Below are positions 13,011-28,117 of a stretch of 64,000 bases of DNA, piece by piece. The notes under the pieces were generated by a model, which saw only the letters and a list, made by a program, of their open reading frames with translations, ran no database searches and was not told where the DNA came from. The translations under genes and the position numbers were made by a program. Source of the DNA: Chrysomallon squamiferum. Its lineage: Eukaryota > Animalia > Mollusca. Every line of letters starts with the position of its first letter. The first letter of the stretch is position 1. The stretch covers positions 1,922,001 to 1,986,000 of the forward strand of contig CM022666.1 of assembly GCA_012295275.1 (NCBI GenBank). Reading direction: 5' to 3'.

Positions 13011-13068
13011 CCTATTATCATAAGTAGCATCTGTGTTCTCGTCACATGCAATCACTTCTGGTGCCATC
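13011..13068 (-). CDS. MAP4K4: Kinase exon 10 (MAPEVIACDENTDATYDNR)
   Basis: aacag|G...AGG|gtgaga, 58 nt, phase 2-0. Confidence 0.97.
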
Positions 13069-13244
13069 CTGTTACAAGGAAATGAAATAAAAAAAAACCA
13101 GACTTGTAATAAGGAAAATTGTGAAATATTTATTAATAACAAAGTTAAAGAAAAAAACATATAAATTATTTTGTACGAGTATAGGAAGGAAATCAAACAA
13201 GCTTATAAAAGGACATAAAAAATAAAATTAAAAAAATAAAATAA

Positions 13245-13280
<36 letters not shown>

Positions 13281-13943
13281 TATAATATAGAATGAATCTG
13301 ATAGGAAATTTTAAAAAATCTATCAGATACTTAAAAACTGTTGTAATAAGAATAAACTTAAAAGAAGAAAAATAACTCTTCTAATAATAAAAACTGTAGA
13401 TTCAAAAACAAAAACAAAACAAAAAAAGATAACAAAGCATAAAACCATATGTTACGGAAATAAAAATAAAATAAATAAAAATCCCATTTGCAACATGGGA
13501 AAAAAAATAAGAAGAAGAAAGCTTGAATTCAGGTAAAATCATTTGTTCACTGTGCAAATTACAAATTCTTATGTCAAGGAAATTAAAGAAAAATGCTTAT
13601 AACAAAGGAATCTTATAAATGAATTAAATAATGAGATAGAAAAAACAAAACGAAGTAATAAAATATCAATGTAGCGATATCCAAGGACTGAAACCTTTAT
13701 ACTTTACAGCATTGCAGAGTTTGGAGTAATTTTTTAAAACTTTTATGTCTGAGATTAAAATTATATTAGTAAAGAATCTTAATAAAGATTCTCCAGCTTA
13801 CTATCAATACATAGCACAAAAATGTCAAATGTAACTAAAATGAAACTATAAATGCTGAACGAGAATTTTTGTGTGCGATCCTAATCATGTACTGTTCAGA
13901 ACTAGTATACTGTTGTTTTTCTGTGTTTAATCATTTGTACTTA

Positions 13944-14105
<162 letters not shown>

Positions 14106-14185
14106 TCAGATAACAGAGAGAAACTTTTAAGATATAACACGTGTGTGTGCATGTAAGTTAATTCTGAAATAAGGACACATTTTTA

Positions 14186-14317
<132 letters not shown>

Positions 14318-14803
14318 CTAAAAGAGAAACAAAAAGAGTCTGGTTTCAAAAGTTCTCTATAACCTGTGTTTAGTTTATAGAGGTAAAAACTAAAAAAAGT
14401 AACAGTTCTGATGATATATTTTTAACATTAAAAAAGTCTGTCTAGCTTAATTCACAATAAAAATAGGATTTTTAAAAACTGATGGATGTAGTAGTAGGTA
14501 GTAGTAGTAGTAGTAGTAGTAGGAATGGTGGTAGCAGCTGTAATAATGGTAGCAGCTGTAGTAGCAAAAGAATAGTAACAGTAATAGTAAAGAATTATGA
14601 CAAAATTAAGTGTTCTTTGATATAGTTTTAAGTAAAATATTTTTACATTTTAAACAAAGATATTATAAATTTGTTTTGGCATATAAATAAATGTCACCAT
14701 ATATGAATGTTATATTAAATGTATTTCAAATTTAATTTAGAATTAAGACAAAAAGATTTTGTAATAATTATTATGTAATTATGGAACATCTGATTGAACT
14801 TAC

Positions 14804-14865
14804 TCTCAAAATTTCTCTACAAATGTAGGCTATCCATTCTTCTTTCAAACAGCTTCCTTTTGTAG
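14804..14865 (-). CDS. MAP4K4: Kinase exon 7 (ATKGSCLKEEWIAYICREILR)
   Basis: tgtag|CT...AGA|gtaagt, 62 nt, phase 1-0. Confidence 0.96.
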
Positions 14866-16592
14866 CTACAAGACAAATAATAAATAAATGTGTTATTTAG
14901 GTATATATTTTATTACTAGGTAACAAATAAATAAAATACTACATGAAATGAAGATAAAAAAAAGAATGAAGAGGTTAGATAAAAATAACCGAAATTAAAA
15001 AAAGTTTAAAAAATAATTTTTCAAAAACAAAAATTATTTTTAATTAAAATTGATAATGAGAAAACTATTTTTTAAATAACATATGAGTTAAATCGTTATT
15101 CTGAAAACCAGTTTACTGGAAACAGAGGAAAGCTTGTTTTTTTTTGTTTTTTAAATACTAAAACAATTTGTCAACTATATTCAGTCAAGCAAGGATCACA
15201 ATTATTTTACAACCCATATTTTACAAAAAGTAGCAATGATTCTATTAAATACTTCTGCTACAGTGAATAAATAACAGCTATTAAATATTGTAAAGTGATT
15301 ATTTAATAAAAAATTATATTAATAATTTCTGTTATACTGTTTCTTAAATTTTATTATTTACTGTTTTATTAATTTTTTCATGCCTTTTTTTTTTTTTTTT
15401 TTTTTTTATTAGTTATTTAAAAATTAAATAATTAAATAAATAAAATATATATCTTTTGAAATCATAAATGTGTCATAAATTAAATTATTTAATTAAACAA
15501 AAATCTATCATGGGTCAGAGCATTTCACAAGAGGCACTATCAAAACAATCAGCAGAGATAAAGGCCAGTTGAATGACTAGTTGAACTTTTGGGTGTCAGC
15601 ATTGTCATGAATGTGTTGAAAAGGTACATCAAAATACTGTACTTAGTGACTTATCCTCATAAAAAAAAAAAAAAAAAAGTTTAAATAAAGTTTAAAAAAA
15701 AATAATAATAATTACAAATGTTTTGATTTAAAAAATAAAAAAAAAATAAAAATATAGGAAAATATTTATTTTACTGTTTAGTACTATTGTTACCTTCACA
15801 AATTTTTATTTTATTTTTATATATATATAACTGTTTATTTTCCAGTACTGTTGTTTAGTGTTTAGTTTTACTATTATTGACAGTTACCTTTAAAAAAAAA
15901 AAAAAAAATTTTAATTTTAATAAATAAATATTTTTCTGTTCTTGATGTTTATTATTACTAACTGTTAACTGTTGCCTTAGTTAAAAAAAAAAAAAAAAAA
16001 AAAAATTATACATACACTTAAATAAAAAAGAAAAATATAAAAAATTCCAAACATTCCAGCAAATACCTGCATATTTTTGTTGTTTTTTGTTCATATTTAT
16101 TTTGTGGGGATGTTAGTTTGTTTAAACTATTACTAAGGCAGGGTTATTTAGGTTCTTTTCTTAATTATCTTCTTTCTGTTTTTTTTTTTCACTTTTTCTT
16201 TTAATTTATTTACTCTGTTTTACAGGTGGGGAAGATGAATATTCATGAAAACATAACAATATGCCATGCTCAATTTTTTTTCTTCAAAAAATCTCAAGAA
16301 AGCCCCAACATTCTCATAAAACATTATATCTTGGATTCAAAGTATTATAGGCAAATGTCGAACATCTTCTACTGGATCTATTAAAACAGAAAATGTCAAG
16401 CAAACAGGATCATGACTAGTAGCAACTGGTATGTTGTTTAGACTCTTGACCTAACATGGCCAGATGTACAGCTGAATAGTTGAAATACTTCAATATTTAT
16501 CAACAGTTATATATTTAGAGACACTATTTTTGTTTTCTTCTTCTTATTATTATTACTTGTGGAATTATATTAGTAAGCAGGCAGTATACGAC

Positions 16593-16623
<31 letters not shown>

Positions 16624-16729
16624 TTATTATTACTGAGTTATAAAAAATTCGTTTTCAAATCTGATGTAATAATATAAATATTATGTGGTACACACATCAT
16701 CAGGTTTTAATTAAACTTGAAAAACTTAC

Positions 16730-16778
16730 CTTTGACTAGATCTGTAACAGAACCAGCACCACAGAATTCCATGACAAG
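16730..16778 (-). CDS. MAP4K4: Kinase exon 6 (LVMEFCGAGSVTDLVK, hinge)
   Basis: ttcag|CTT...AAAG|gtaagt, 49 nt, phase 0-1. Confidence 0.97.
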
Positions 16779-16977
16779 CTGAAATTAACAAAATATTAGT
16801 TAAACGAATATGTGGAATTTTCTAGGAACTTATCATAGAAAAAACTGCATTCAGCTTAATAATGATTTTTTTTTCAATTTTCAATATCGCTTGGAGAATC
16901 TTGCCAATACAGATAAAGAAACGACATTTATTTTTTTAGTCTAAATGATAATTCTGACTGAATGATGATTAAGATCA

Positions 16978-17076
<99 letters not shown>

Positions 17077-17539
17077 TTAAGTTTTAACAGTTGTTATTTT
17101 TAATTTTTTAATTTTTGGTTTTATGAATGTGTTAAAAACATTGTTATTTAGATTTATTATGTTATTTTTAATCTTCTCATTATTATATTATTATTATTAT
17201 TATTATTATGACTGTTATTATTATTTATATATAACTTGTAATTATGCAATTTGTAAGTAATTAGTTTGAGGATATACTCGTGAGTAAAACTGTAGTCAGT
17301 TACTTAAATCATAGAAATATAAAAACTAGAGAAATACAGACTACTAGCTATAAAAATAAAATAAAAAATAAGAAAAAGATATAAAAAATTGTTTTGGTTC
17401 CAATATATCATTTACAGTTTCTGTTACATGTATTATTCATTTTATTATGTGTATTACAGGTATATGTATTATGTTTGAAATGACTTGGTTGTAATGCACA
17501 AATTAATATTGGCTGTACTGTACACACTGCAATACACAC

Positions 17540-17584
17540 CTTTTTGAGCACATTGATCTCTAGTTTTATTTCTTCTTCCTCCTC
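17540..17584 (-). CDS. MAP4K4: Kinase exon 4 (EEEEEIKLEINVLKK, alphaC helix)
   Basis: aacag|GAG...AAG|gtgtgt, 45 nt. Confidence 0.95.
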
Positions 17585-17998
17585 CTGTTAAAATTTTTAA
17601 AAAAATAAAGAAAAGAGAAATTAAATATAACAGTCACTATTTTGTACCTTTTACATGCAAAATATGTCACATGGATATTTAAACATGCACATATAAACAT
17701 AAACATCTATACATAGTAACATATGCATAAAATTCAAAGTAAACAGAAAATATTCTTTTGTTTTTGTTTAGTTTGGTCAGGGTTGTTGGTTTTTTTTTTT
17801 TTTTTACAGAATTTTATTTAGTTCAGAACTAATACAAACTTCAAAAAGAACACTTATTCCTGAAACTGTATTAGATGCAAACATACACACACACAGACAA
17901 ATAACCAACACATTATTTATTCATTTTATGACTTTACTTATTATCCATTATGAATGATAGAGGAACAAGTTTGAAAAAGTTTGTGAATGGCTTTGTGA

Positions 17999-18041
<43 letters not shown>

Positions 18042-19427
18042 TATGTGTGTGTTTGTGTGTACGTGCGAGTATGTGTGTGTTTGTGTGTGTGTGTGCGAGT
18101 ATGTGTGTGTTTGTGTGTGTCTGTGAGTGTGTGTGTGTTTTATAGATTGTCATTTTGAAACGTAAGGCATTTGATGGGGGAAATATGCCTACATGTTTTT
18201 TAATTACAATTTTGAAACTTTATGTGAACAACACCACAAGCAGCTATACAAGAACAAAACATCAGTTGTTTAAACCGCTTTAGTAAGCTCAAATCTAAAG
18301 TAAGTCTTGTCTTAGGGTCTCAGCAAGCTCAAATCAAATGGGCATGTCAGTGTGTACACTGGTCTTACTCCAGTTCTGCCTTTCCCATGAAGGAATGTCA
18401 ATATATTCAGCAGCCCTGACATCAACAAGTCACAGTGTGCTTGTTATGTCATCTTGACCTCAGCAAACAGATTATCACCTACTTGTACTTTTACAAACAC
18501 ACACACACACACACTCAAAAAAAAATGAAAGAAAAGAAAGAAAAAAAAACTTTTTTTTTTTTTTTTTTTTTTTTTAACCATGACTGAATTTTCTTTCTTT
18601 CTACTTTTTTTCAAAACATGCCAAGAAGATGAATGTAAAGAATTATTAAGCAAAAAGAATTTTTTTCTTAACTTTTTGGGCATAATGAGAGGGGAAAAAA
18701 AAAGAAAAAAAAAGAAGTCATAATACTACTATTGTAGAATCTAGGTCAGACTGAGTGTCCACAAAAAAAGACGCATGTTTTAAAATGAAGCTTGTGTTTG
18801 TTTAGGCAGGAGGCCTGTGATGTGTGTGTGTGCTAGGATTTTCCAATCTGGGAGAAACGACATGACAGTGACACTGTTCCTTCCCCAGTCAGAGAGAGAG
18901 AGAGTTAACACATTCCTCATGTAATCCAAAAAGTAACCAACTGCAGGCAGGATTCAGATGTCTTTAACAGCTATTTCGGATGATTTCCACTTCTCGGAAT
19001 GCAGACAGCACAAGTTGGGAAGTCAATCTCAACATTAAAGGAGGCTCAGATTTAAGATGATTTTAATCTTTTTTTTATTTGTTCTATTTTTTTTTTTTTT
19101 CCATTTTAAAAAAAAAAAAAAAAATAAATCTTATGTTGTCTGGATTTTTGATTAAAAAACGCTAAGTGAAACATTTTTGCATGTTTCATTAATTTTAAAA
19201 AAAAAGAAAAGAGAAAAAGTAATATTATCTGCTGACTCAATAAAATGTCAACAAAGCAAAGTTGAAAATAATGTGTTCACATATTTATTTTACATTCATA
19301 CATATTCATACATAATTATATATATATATATATATATGAAATAAATATGTGATGAGACACACACACAATTCACATACGTAAAAACAAAATGACATCACAC
19401 ACACCCAACCAACCACCCACCCACACA

Positions 19428-19491
<64 letters not shown>

Positions 19492-19973
19492 CTGCTTTTA
19501 AAAAGACAGATATAAGTCTATTACATACTTGTGGTGACCCAAATGCTACCAGCTTACTTGTAAAATCATAATGTTCTGCATAAAGACATGCAAGTGATAA
19601 TTATGTATACACTGCAGAGAATGTGTACACATGTTCAGGCAAAAGTGATATTGTATACTACTGAATTAAACATTCCGTAAAGCTAATGCTATTTATAAAA
19701 ATTATGTACTGCAGAAGAATGTAGTATCAACATATATAAAAATACAAAAAGATAACATAAATACAAATATCAAAAAATATTATTTTAACAGTACAGATTG
19801 TTATATATGAGAATGTCTAACATTTTTGTATTTAATTTCTTTATAAAGAAATCTGATATATGATTTTAATGATTAATCTGTAATTTTTTTTACATGTTAA
19901 ATATAAGTAAATGTTCTGCTTTGTGTCAAGATCTGAATTAATAAGAATTATTATAACAAATAATTATTCTTAC

Positions 19974-20030
19974 CTCAGTTACATTCATAACCTTGATGGC
20001 TGCTAGCTGCCCAGTTTTTGTGTGTCGACC
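19974..20030 (-). CDS. MAP4K4: Kinase exon 3 (GRHTKTGQLAAIKVMNVTE, catalytic Lys)
   Basis: ttcag|GGT...GAG|gtaaga, 57 nt. Confidence 0.97.
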
Positions 20031-21351
20031 CTGAAATTATTAAAAACATTATTATTTTTAAACACAAGATCCTGTGTGAAATCCAGTATCAGTCATTAAA
20101 CAAAAATGTTATTGACATTTAAATCATGTATTATTATTTTAATAAGAAGAAGAAGAAAAGAATACATTAATAATAATAATAATAATACACCATATCAAAA
20201 ATTATAGAAAAAATAACAAATTAATAATAATAATAATAATGATAATAATAATAATGATAATAATAATAATAATAATAATAATCATAATACTAACAACATT
20301 TTATTTATTATTTATTATACAGTTTCATATTTCTCTTTCCTCTTTATTTCACATGCATGTAATAGCAAATAAACTCCGATTTCTTCATGTAGAAACCATT
20401 AAAATTGTATTACTAAATTAATAATAATAATAAAAAAAACAATTAATCAGATGAGCTTTCATCAAAAAGAAAATCTTACTGAATCAGCATTTTCCCTTTA
20501 TGAAAGACAGACTATGGATAATCAAGTCAAGCTTAGTTAGCAAAACTTTCCAAAAATAACTCTCTGTATTAATTGCATCAGTTTTAACTGCTTGCAAAAT
20601 TCAGACATAAATTGGACTCAGCCCAAAAGTAAATTCAATTTTGTGACTCTTTGTTGCAGAATTAACGATTTAAAGCCTCAAAATGACTTTATTATTGAAT
20701 TATCCAAAGTAGTTACAACTGAGTTACACAAACAAAGACATGATATTGGTGTTGCCCTAACTTGACACTGCCATCCATGTATAAACACTAATCCAAATTT
20801 CTGTGATAAAATGAATGGTTATGCTGCATTACCTTCTAACATTCGGTAAATCTGTAACTGTATATTATCAGAAAACAGAGAGAGAGAAAGAAAATGTGTA
20901 AAATACAGCTTACTTGTTACAGCCATTCATTTAATCAGAAATTTAAAAGAAAATTAACTATAGGAAAACCAGAATGAAAACCAATCTTTGAAGAACAAGT
21001 TGATAATTATCATTATTATTTTTGTTATTTGGTAATATAACATGGAATATTTATATCAATGTAGAATAAATTTGTATATTTCTAATTGCATATTCATAAC
21101 ACAAGTATACACATATTTACTTTTATCATCTATATTTGGTTATGTATATAGTATTTGTACATCGAGTTATCTATATGCTGTAAAACAGTATCTTTGTATT
21201 TACATAAATGTAACAAACTGTTTGGGCTATTTTAGAACATGCATTCACTACACAAACATACCTCTGACATTTATTTTTATCATTCTGTATTTGTGTACTT
21301 ATATATGTATTTATATCAAGGTAATGTCTATCATACATATTACATCCTTTG

Positions 21352-21579
21352 AGCTATTTTGTTTTAACTGTATCACATATTGCATGTACAAACAATAAGT
21401 ACTTGATAAATACAGGCTATCATAGAGAAAGAGTCTATAATTGTGTATGTCTTTTGTCCATATTATCATTAAACATATTTTCAGCTATTTCTGCTGTTTC
21501 ACGTACTGCACGTACAAAAACATTAAGTACTTGACAAATACTTGCTGTCATGCACAAACTGGCCTATAATTGTGCACGT
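21352..21579. repeat. Old diverged ~130-bp-period tandem duplication in intron 2
   Basis: agctattt...tcac(a/g)ta(t/c)tgca(t/c)gtacaaa...taagtacttga(t/c)aaatac...ctataattgtg shared by 21352-21450 and 21483-21579. Confidence 0.8.
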
Positions 21580-22654
21580 TTAATGGAAAACATGTTTCTG
21601 AAAAGACCAATCAGCTACACAAGTGAAGCACTTGAGTAAGTGGCGTACTTTTAATACGGGCAACAGACCGTAAAACATCGTAACAAAGTTTGCTGGTGCT
21701 ACTGGACAACCCAGCCCAGCCTGGGTCAATCCTTTTCATGAAGAACGTATATGCAAGTGTTTACTGTTACATCACCTTCCAGTCTGACAAACTAGGGTAC
21801 TGCAGGTTGTTAGGCAGGCTGGCAGGCTGGCAGTCGCTAATCAGATTAAATCAAGTTACTAATACTCAGTCAGACACACTGGTTGAGGAACTGGGATGGG
21901 TGACTGGTAGTGTTGCAGTACTTCAAGAGTAGATTAAATTTTAATGTTTGTTTGTGTACAATAAGTGTGTGAGTGTGTCCATGTTTACGAGTGTGTATGT
22001 GTGTGTGGCGGTGCTATGGGAAAGTTTGGTCTTAATATATCTTGTTCGTTATTATTTTCAGGTGTTTTTTTTTTTTTTTTTTTTTTTTTGGAGTTTGAGG
22101 TTTTTATTTGTTGGATTTTGGGTGGTTGGGGCGTATCCCTTTTCAAACCAGTCATACGTGACATGAATACCCAACCACCGTACTTTTTATCGAAATGCAA
22201 ACTGCGTATATATATGTGCATGTGCGCACAGAACATTTGTGTCTTAAGCTGCTTTATGATTGTGCACTTGCGTGTTAGTTGCAACAATCAACAGGAAGTT
22301 GTGATTTTTCTTTTCTTTTCTTCTCTACACATCATCATTAGCTAACAACTGTTACTAATTTTGAGAATCAAAAAATAAAACTGTTATAAATAACGCTTAT
22401 GGTATGAATTATCCACTGTACTTTTTAACACCAACAATTAAAGAGTAATTGAAGAAAACTGCACCCTGTAAGAAATAGTTAATGTTCAGTGAGGCGTGAA
22501 CAAGTATGACATTAATTCTGTTATGTGATCTCTCAGGTATGAATTGTGCATTGTTCCACTAAACACCCTCCGGAAATGATTAATCAACAAACAGCAATGA
22601 GAAAAAGGTTTTTCTAACCTTATTAAACACATCCCAATTATAGTGTAAAGTGCC

Positions 22655-22709
<55 letters not shown>

Positions 22710-24466
22710 GTGTTTTTATTGTTGTTGTTGTTCTTATTGTTATTATCATCATCATGTTATTATTCCTGTCATTATCATTACTATTATTTGTTATTGTTGT
22801 TGTTGTTTTCATTATCATCATCATCATTATTATTATTATCATTATTATTACTATTATTATTATCACAAACTTAAAAAAAAAAAAAAACATTTAAAAAAAA
22901 AAAAACGTTATATATTTTATGAAGCATCAATCAGAAAAACAAGTGAATGAATTACTGTTTTGTGACAGCTCAACACAGTTATTACATTTCAGGCATTGAT
23001 TTCTTTCTGCAGTGACAAGATGTGGAAGGAAACCTGCCACCACCATCCTAACAAAAATCACTGTATTGATCAACACAAAGGATTTCGAAAATGCACCTTT
23101 CTGCAGAGAAAGAAAACCATAGACCGTGACCTTTTGTTAAGCCGCACTTGGGACTCTGTTTGGAACATGAAAACAGCTCAGTAAAAACATCGATGAAGAG
23201 CGATCCTTTGGTCTAGTAGGTATCAGGCCTCGACTCTGACCTCGGAACAATTCATTCATCTTTCGGTTAACGTTAGTATCAGATAACGTACCACATCAGA
23301 AAATTTCAATAATAAAAAAAAAAAAAAAAATTGTTATTAGAAATCTTTAATAAGCTTTTTTTTTCTTCTTTTTTTTTTATATTTTTTTTTTACATGCTGT
23401 CTTCCTTTTTAAAAAGAAAGAAACTTAAATCCAAGAAAAAATGTGTGGGTCTATTTTTTTGTTTGTTTTTGTGTAGAAGACTGATGAAAGCAAAGCATTC
23501 TGGGGCATGCCTGAGAATGATTGGAAAACTCAGCAATTTATAACAAAAATAAATAACAAAAAGCAGCAAAGAAACATGAAGAGTAAACTGATGTATGTAT
23601 GTCTAAACAGACCCATTTCTGACAATAACAAACGACAAGTATCTGCAATCAAGTTTAGGCAAGTCAGTCTTCTTTTAGAAATATTTACTTTGAAAGCATC
23701 AGATATCTTACAGAATTACACTGCTGCATTAATTACTGATATGTTTAATCATATTTCAAAATAGGTGTCTGGCATAAGAAACTGTCAAAATGACAACAGA
23801 AAGTAATCTTTAGAAATAAAATATCAAAATGATTTCAGAAGGAAAATGGAATTTGCCTTTTCCTGAATTTACGAAGGATATTTCTTCAAGTATTGTTTCA
23901 AGTATTGAAATTATTTCTTATGAATGCATATTTTAGCATGTGAAGATCATTAAAAACAATTACGATTTAGCAAAGATGAAACAGTGTGAACCGAAGATAA
24001 TAAGCCAATCTTAATTTAAAACAGTAATTGTGGGTGTTTAGGTGAAAGGTTTTTGTTGTTGCGTCTGCTGCTGTTGTTGTTGCTGTTGCTGTAAAGCAAA
24101 AACAAGCTAATTAACCTGTTGATGCAAAAATACTAACAAATACCAAAAAGTAATTATCACTTTTTCTCTTCTTTTTTTCAGTATAAAAAATAAAAAGAAT
24201 AAGAAGATATAACCCCACATGCCACAATCACTAATCTCATCTAAGATGTAATAAATCACACAATGCACAAAGGAGTTATTAAATCATGCTTGGAGGTGAA
24301 ACTGGTATTTCAAATGCCTTTGTCTAAGCTAATAGGCTTAGAACCTAACAGACTGGTCATAATGGATTAACTTCTTTGTATGAAACCTGCTAACCAACTG
24401 ACATCCACCATTAAGAACTGAAACATAATAACTAACACTGTCAGCGACAGTGATGTAAGTACTAAA

Positions 24467-24681
24467 GACACTGCTTCATTCGATACTTTGATACTTCTTA
24501 CAAAATCGGCCTGGTCTTTTCAGAAACAAATATTAGATAACTGGTTCATTTGATAATTTGTTTCGCATCTTTTCTTACAAAATTTGCCCGGTCTTTTCAG
24601 AAACAAATATTAGAGACGGCTTCATTTGATAATTTGTTTCATATCTTTTCTTACAAAACATGTCTGGACTTTTCATAAACA
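24467..24681. repeat. ~76-77 bp tandem repeat, about 3 copies, intron 2
   Basis: TTCTTACAAAA...GG(T/A)CTTTTCA recurs at 24495, 24572, 24648. Confidence 0.9.
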
Positions 24682-25307
24682 CGTTCCATATTAAATATAT
24701 TCAGTTTCAAAGACCCAACTAGCACCACCATTAGAAATCCTCTGGGTAAAACAAACTGCAATGTATCTGCTCTATAGTACCACCATGGCGATGTTTACCA
24801 ACTGTGCGTGGTAGAGCCAGCTGGAATGGACATATGATAAAAGCATGGCTGTCTGCAATGGCTTTTTTTTTCCATGCATCCTGAAAGTAGTCACACTACC
24901 TGGCAGGCAGGATGGAAGTTTCTCTCACACAGATACAGTTACCGGCTGAAGGTTTCAAACATCAGACAGATAAACCCCACTGCAAACACTTGGCAAGAAC
25001 ACCGGGCTCAACAGAGCTTCCAACACCATCGGCTGATTAAGTGCCGAAGCAAATTCAGTTTTTTTCACCAAAACGTCATTAATAAACAACACATGTACGT
25101 GTAATGTAGACACAGGGAATCAAATTATTAATTGTAATTTAAGCTAAGCAATGGAACAAAAGCTGCTGGGAGGATGTAATAGGACTGGTATTTAATGATG
25201 TTATGAGAGTAAGTGAGTATGCAGCAGTACTTTTAAAAAAATGAGCTGAAAACAAAATAGAGTATACACTATCAGGCTCTACTGTTTATTATTTATTTTT
25301 TTTTTTT

Positions 25308-25344
<37 letters not shown>

Positions 25345-26513
25345 TCCTTTTCTTTTCTAATTTTGCAATATTTAACAACCAAACAAAATTAAGCTGCTTT
25401 CCATTCATATATTTTATATTTACTATTCAGTGTTTAAGTTTTCATTTATTGTGGTTTTTAAGATAAATTCTGTTATAAAAACAATAATAAAAATTAAACA
25501 ATATATAATTAAAAAAAAATAAACATATATATATATATATATATAAAAAGTTTATCTGGTTTTAACCAGTGTAATTAATCTATAAGTCAACTTATATGGG
25601 GATATAATGATTTTTTTTTAAATTAAGAATGTAAATGCGTGATGTTTGTGATTTACTGCCACAAATGACATCTGATGTCATTTATGTGCACACAAGTTTT
25701 ACAAGTATGTAACTTCAGAATGACAGTTTGACAGTTCACTGAAAGCTGTACATATTAGTACACAGACAGCCGAAGGAGATATCTGAAACCTTGAAGACCA
25801 CTCCTCACATACAGTCATTTAATATATAAACATGTTATTTATAATTTAAAATATAATTAGTGAAAAATAAGCTCTTAATTAACTGCAGCTGTATCTTTTT
25901 CGCAGTCCTATGGCAGAATTCAAAGATCAGAAATTAAATTCTTAATCAACTTGCATTTTTTATGCTATTTTATTTTTGCAAAATGCATGTGTATGCTTAT
26001 GACTGATCTTTCCATTTATTATATAATTTCCGTGTAAATAAATGAAAGTATGTCTCAGTATAATAAATAATAATAATAATCACTGCTTGACATTAAACAA
26101 CATTTTGATAAAACTGGATTTGTGTGTGTGTGTGTGTGTGTGTGCTGTAAACTGGGTCTATGGTGCTGGACAATTCATTATTACTTTATTCTTTCAATGG
26201 CTTTGTTCTTTCCATAACTTATGATATTTGAATTTCATTGTAATGGGGCTTTTTTTTCTTCTTCTTTTTTTTTTCTGTATCTTTAGTAGCAATAAATGCC
26301 AAATAAAACAATCATTTCTGATGATTTATTTTAACTGTCAGGCTTAATTAGAGTTTCAGAATATAAATTTCCAGATATATCCAGCCAAGCAAAAAACAGA
26401 GTTTTCATATTTTAATGCATAGTCAATTAGCATAAAATTAAATTAAAATGTTATTACACTCTAAATACTGTTTGGTGAAACAGTACAAACAAAATAATTG
26501 TTATTTAAAATGA

Positions 26514-26546
<33 letters not shown>

Positions 26547-27985
26547 ACCTCTTCTTTCTTTGTTAGAATGTTGTTAAATAACACAAACATGAACATTAAA
26601 CTAAATATATAAAAACAACAAAATATTGTGCAAAAAATAAATAAATAAATGATACTTTTGACTGGAGGGGGGGATATTTCTTACAAAATATAAAACGTAC
26701 ATCTAATGAGTGGATAATTTTAATCACTTAGCTTTGTTCATGCCTATGTGATTTCAGACAGATAACCCTAAAGCCTCTCTTAAAGTTGTTGATTTTATTG
26801 TAATGGCCAAGAACATCAAGCCTCTAGCAATGTACTTTAATACATTTCCATGCTCAACCACAATTAGCTGTGTTAAGCAGCAAAAAAAAAAGAAGAAAAA
26901 AAAAAACATGGATGTCTGGTTGAATGAATTCTTGTATTATGACTTCACAGCACAGTTTAAAGAAAGGGCTGTTAAGTTCCAACCACGTAATTATGTCATA
27001 ACAATATCAATGACATAAAAACCACTCCTAAAAAAAAAAAATAAAAAAAAAACAGCAAGGAATTTTTTTTCCATAAACACCATCCCATACACTGCAGGAA
27101 AAGCCTCATAACATTCAGTTTGATAGAACCGTAACTAACCTGCAAAGGAAGACTAAATTATATGATCCAAAAGAAAGATGTCTGTCAAATATATCTTGTA
27201 AATCTAACCAATGTGATCAGATAATACTGCAGGCTAGGCCTCCCCTTTCTAGCAGATATTTTATTCAATAGCAGAGAATAATTTTTTTTTTTTTTTTTTT
27301 TTTTTTTAAGCAGATATAAAAAGGTCACCTATGAACGTTTTACACGAACCAGTTTTTCTAATACTGGCACAGACAGCCATTCTGGTAACTAAAATAAATG
27401 CAAAATGTTCTTCTGCTCATAAATTTTGGTTAAAAGCAAATTCTTGGCATTTACATCTGTTGTAACAAAGTTATAGCTGCTGTTTCAGCACTGAAAAAAT
27501 CAGTTGACAAGACTATGAAAAAATGGATTTTATTATTTTATATAATTTTCTTTTTTGATATCAGAAGTAGCAATAAAACCAAAAAGAAATCAAAATACTG
27601 TGTAAAACTTCTGTTATAAAGAGGCAGATAAAAATTGCTAGATTAACAGGGAATATTGGATAATACTTAATCTTTTCTCTAAAGCAAATCATAATCATAA
27701 CTCCCAAGATTTACCATGAACTTGCTCAAGTTTTGTCACCCATTATGCTTGTCTCCTTACTTATAAAAAAAAAAAAAAACACAATCAGACAAACAATGGA
27801 AAACTTGAAGTCACAAGCACATTTTTACATCTGTGTGTGCAACTCGGAAAAAAAAGATTAAATTTTCCTTTTAAATTAATTTAAATACTCTGTAACATAC
27901 AAAGCACTTCATTCACGTAACACCTGACAGATAATTTGTATGTAACAACTGTGAAATTTCAACAACACTACATTTAAAGCTTCTA

Positions 27986-28117
<132 letters not shown>

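Noticed and set aside
18369-18415. 47-nt poison-exon candidate in intron 3
   Set aside because: Poor pyrimidine tract and no other support
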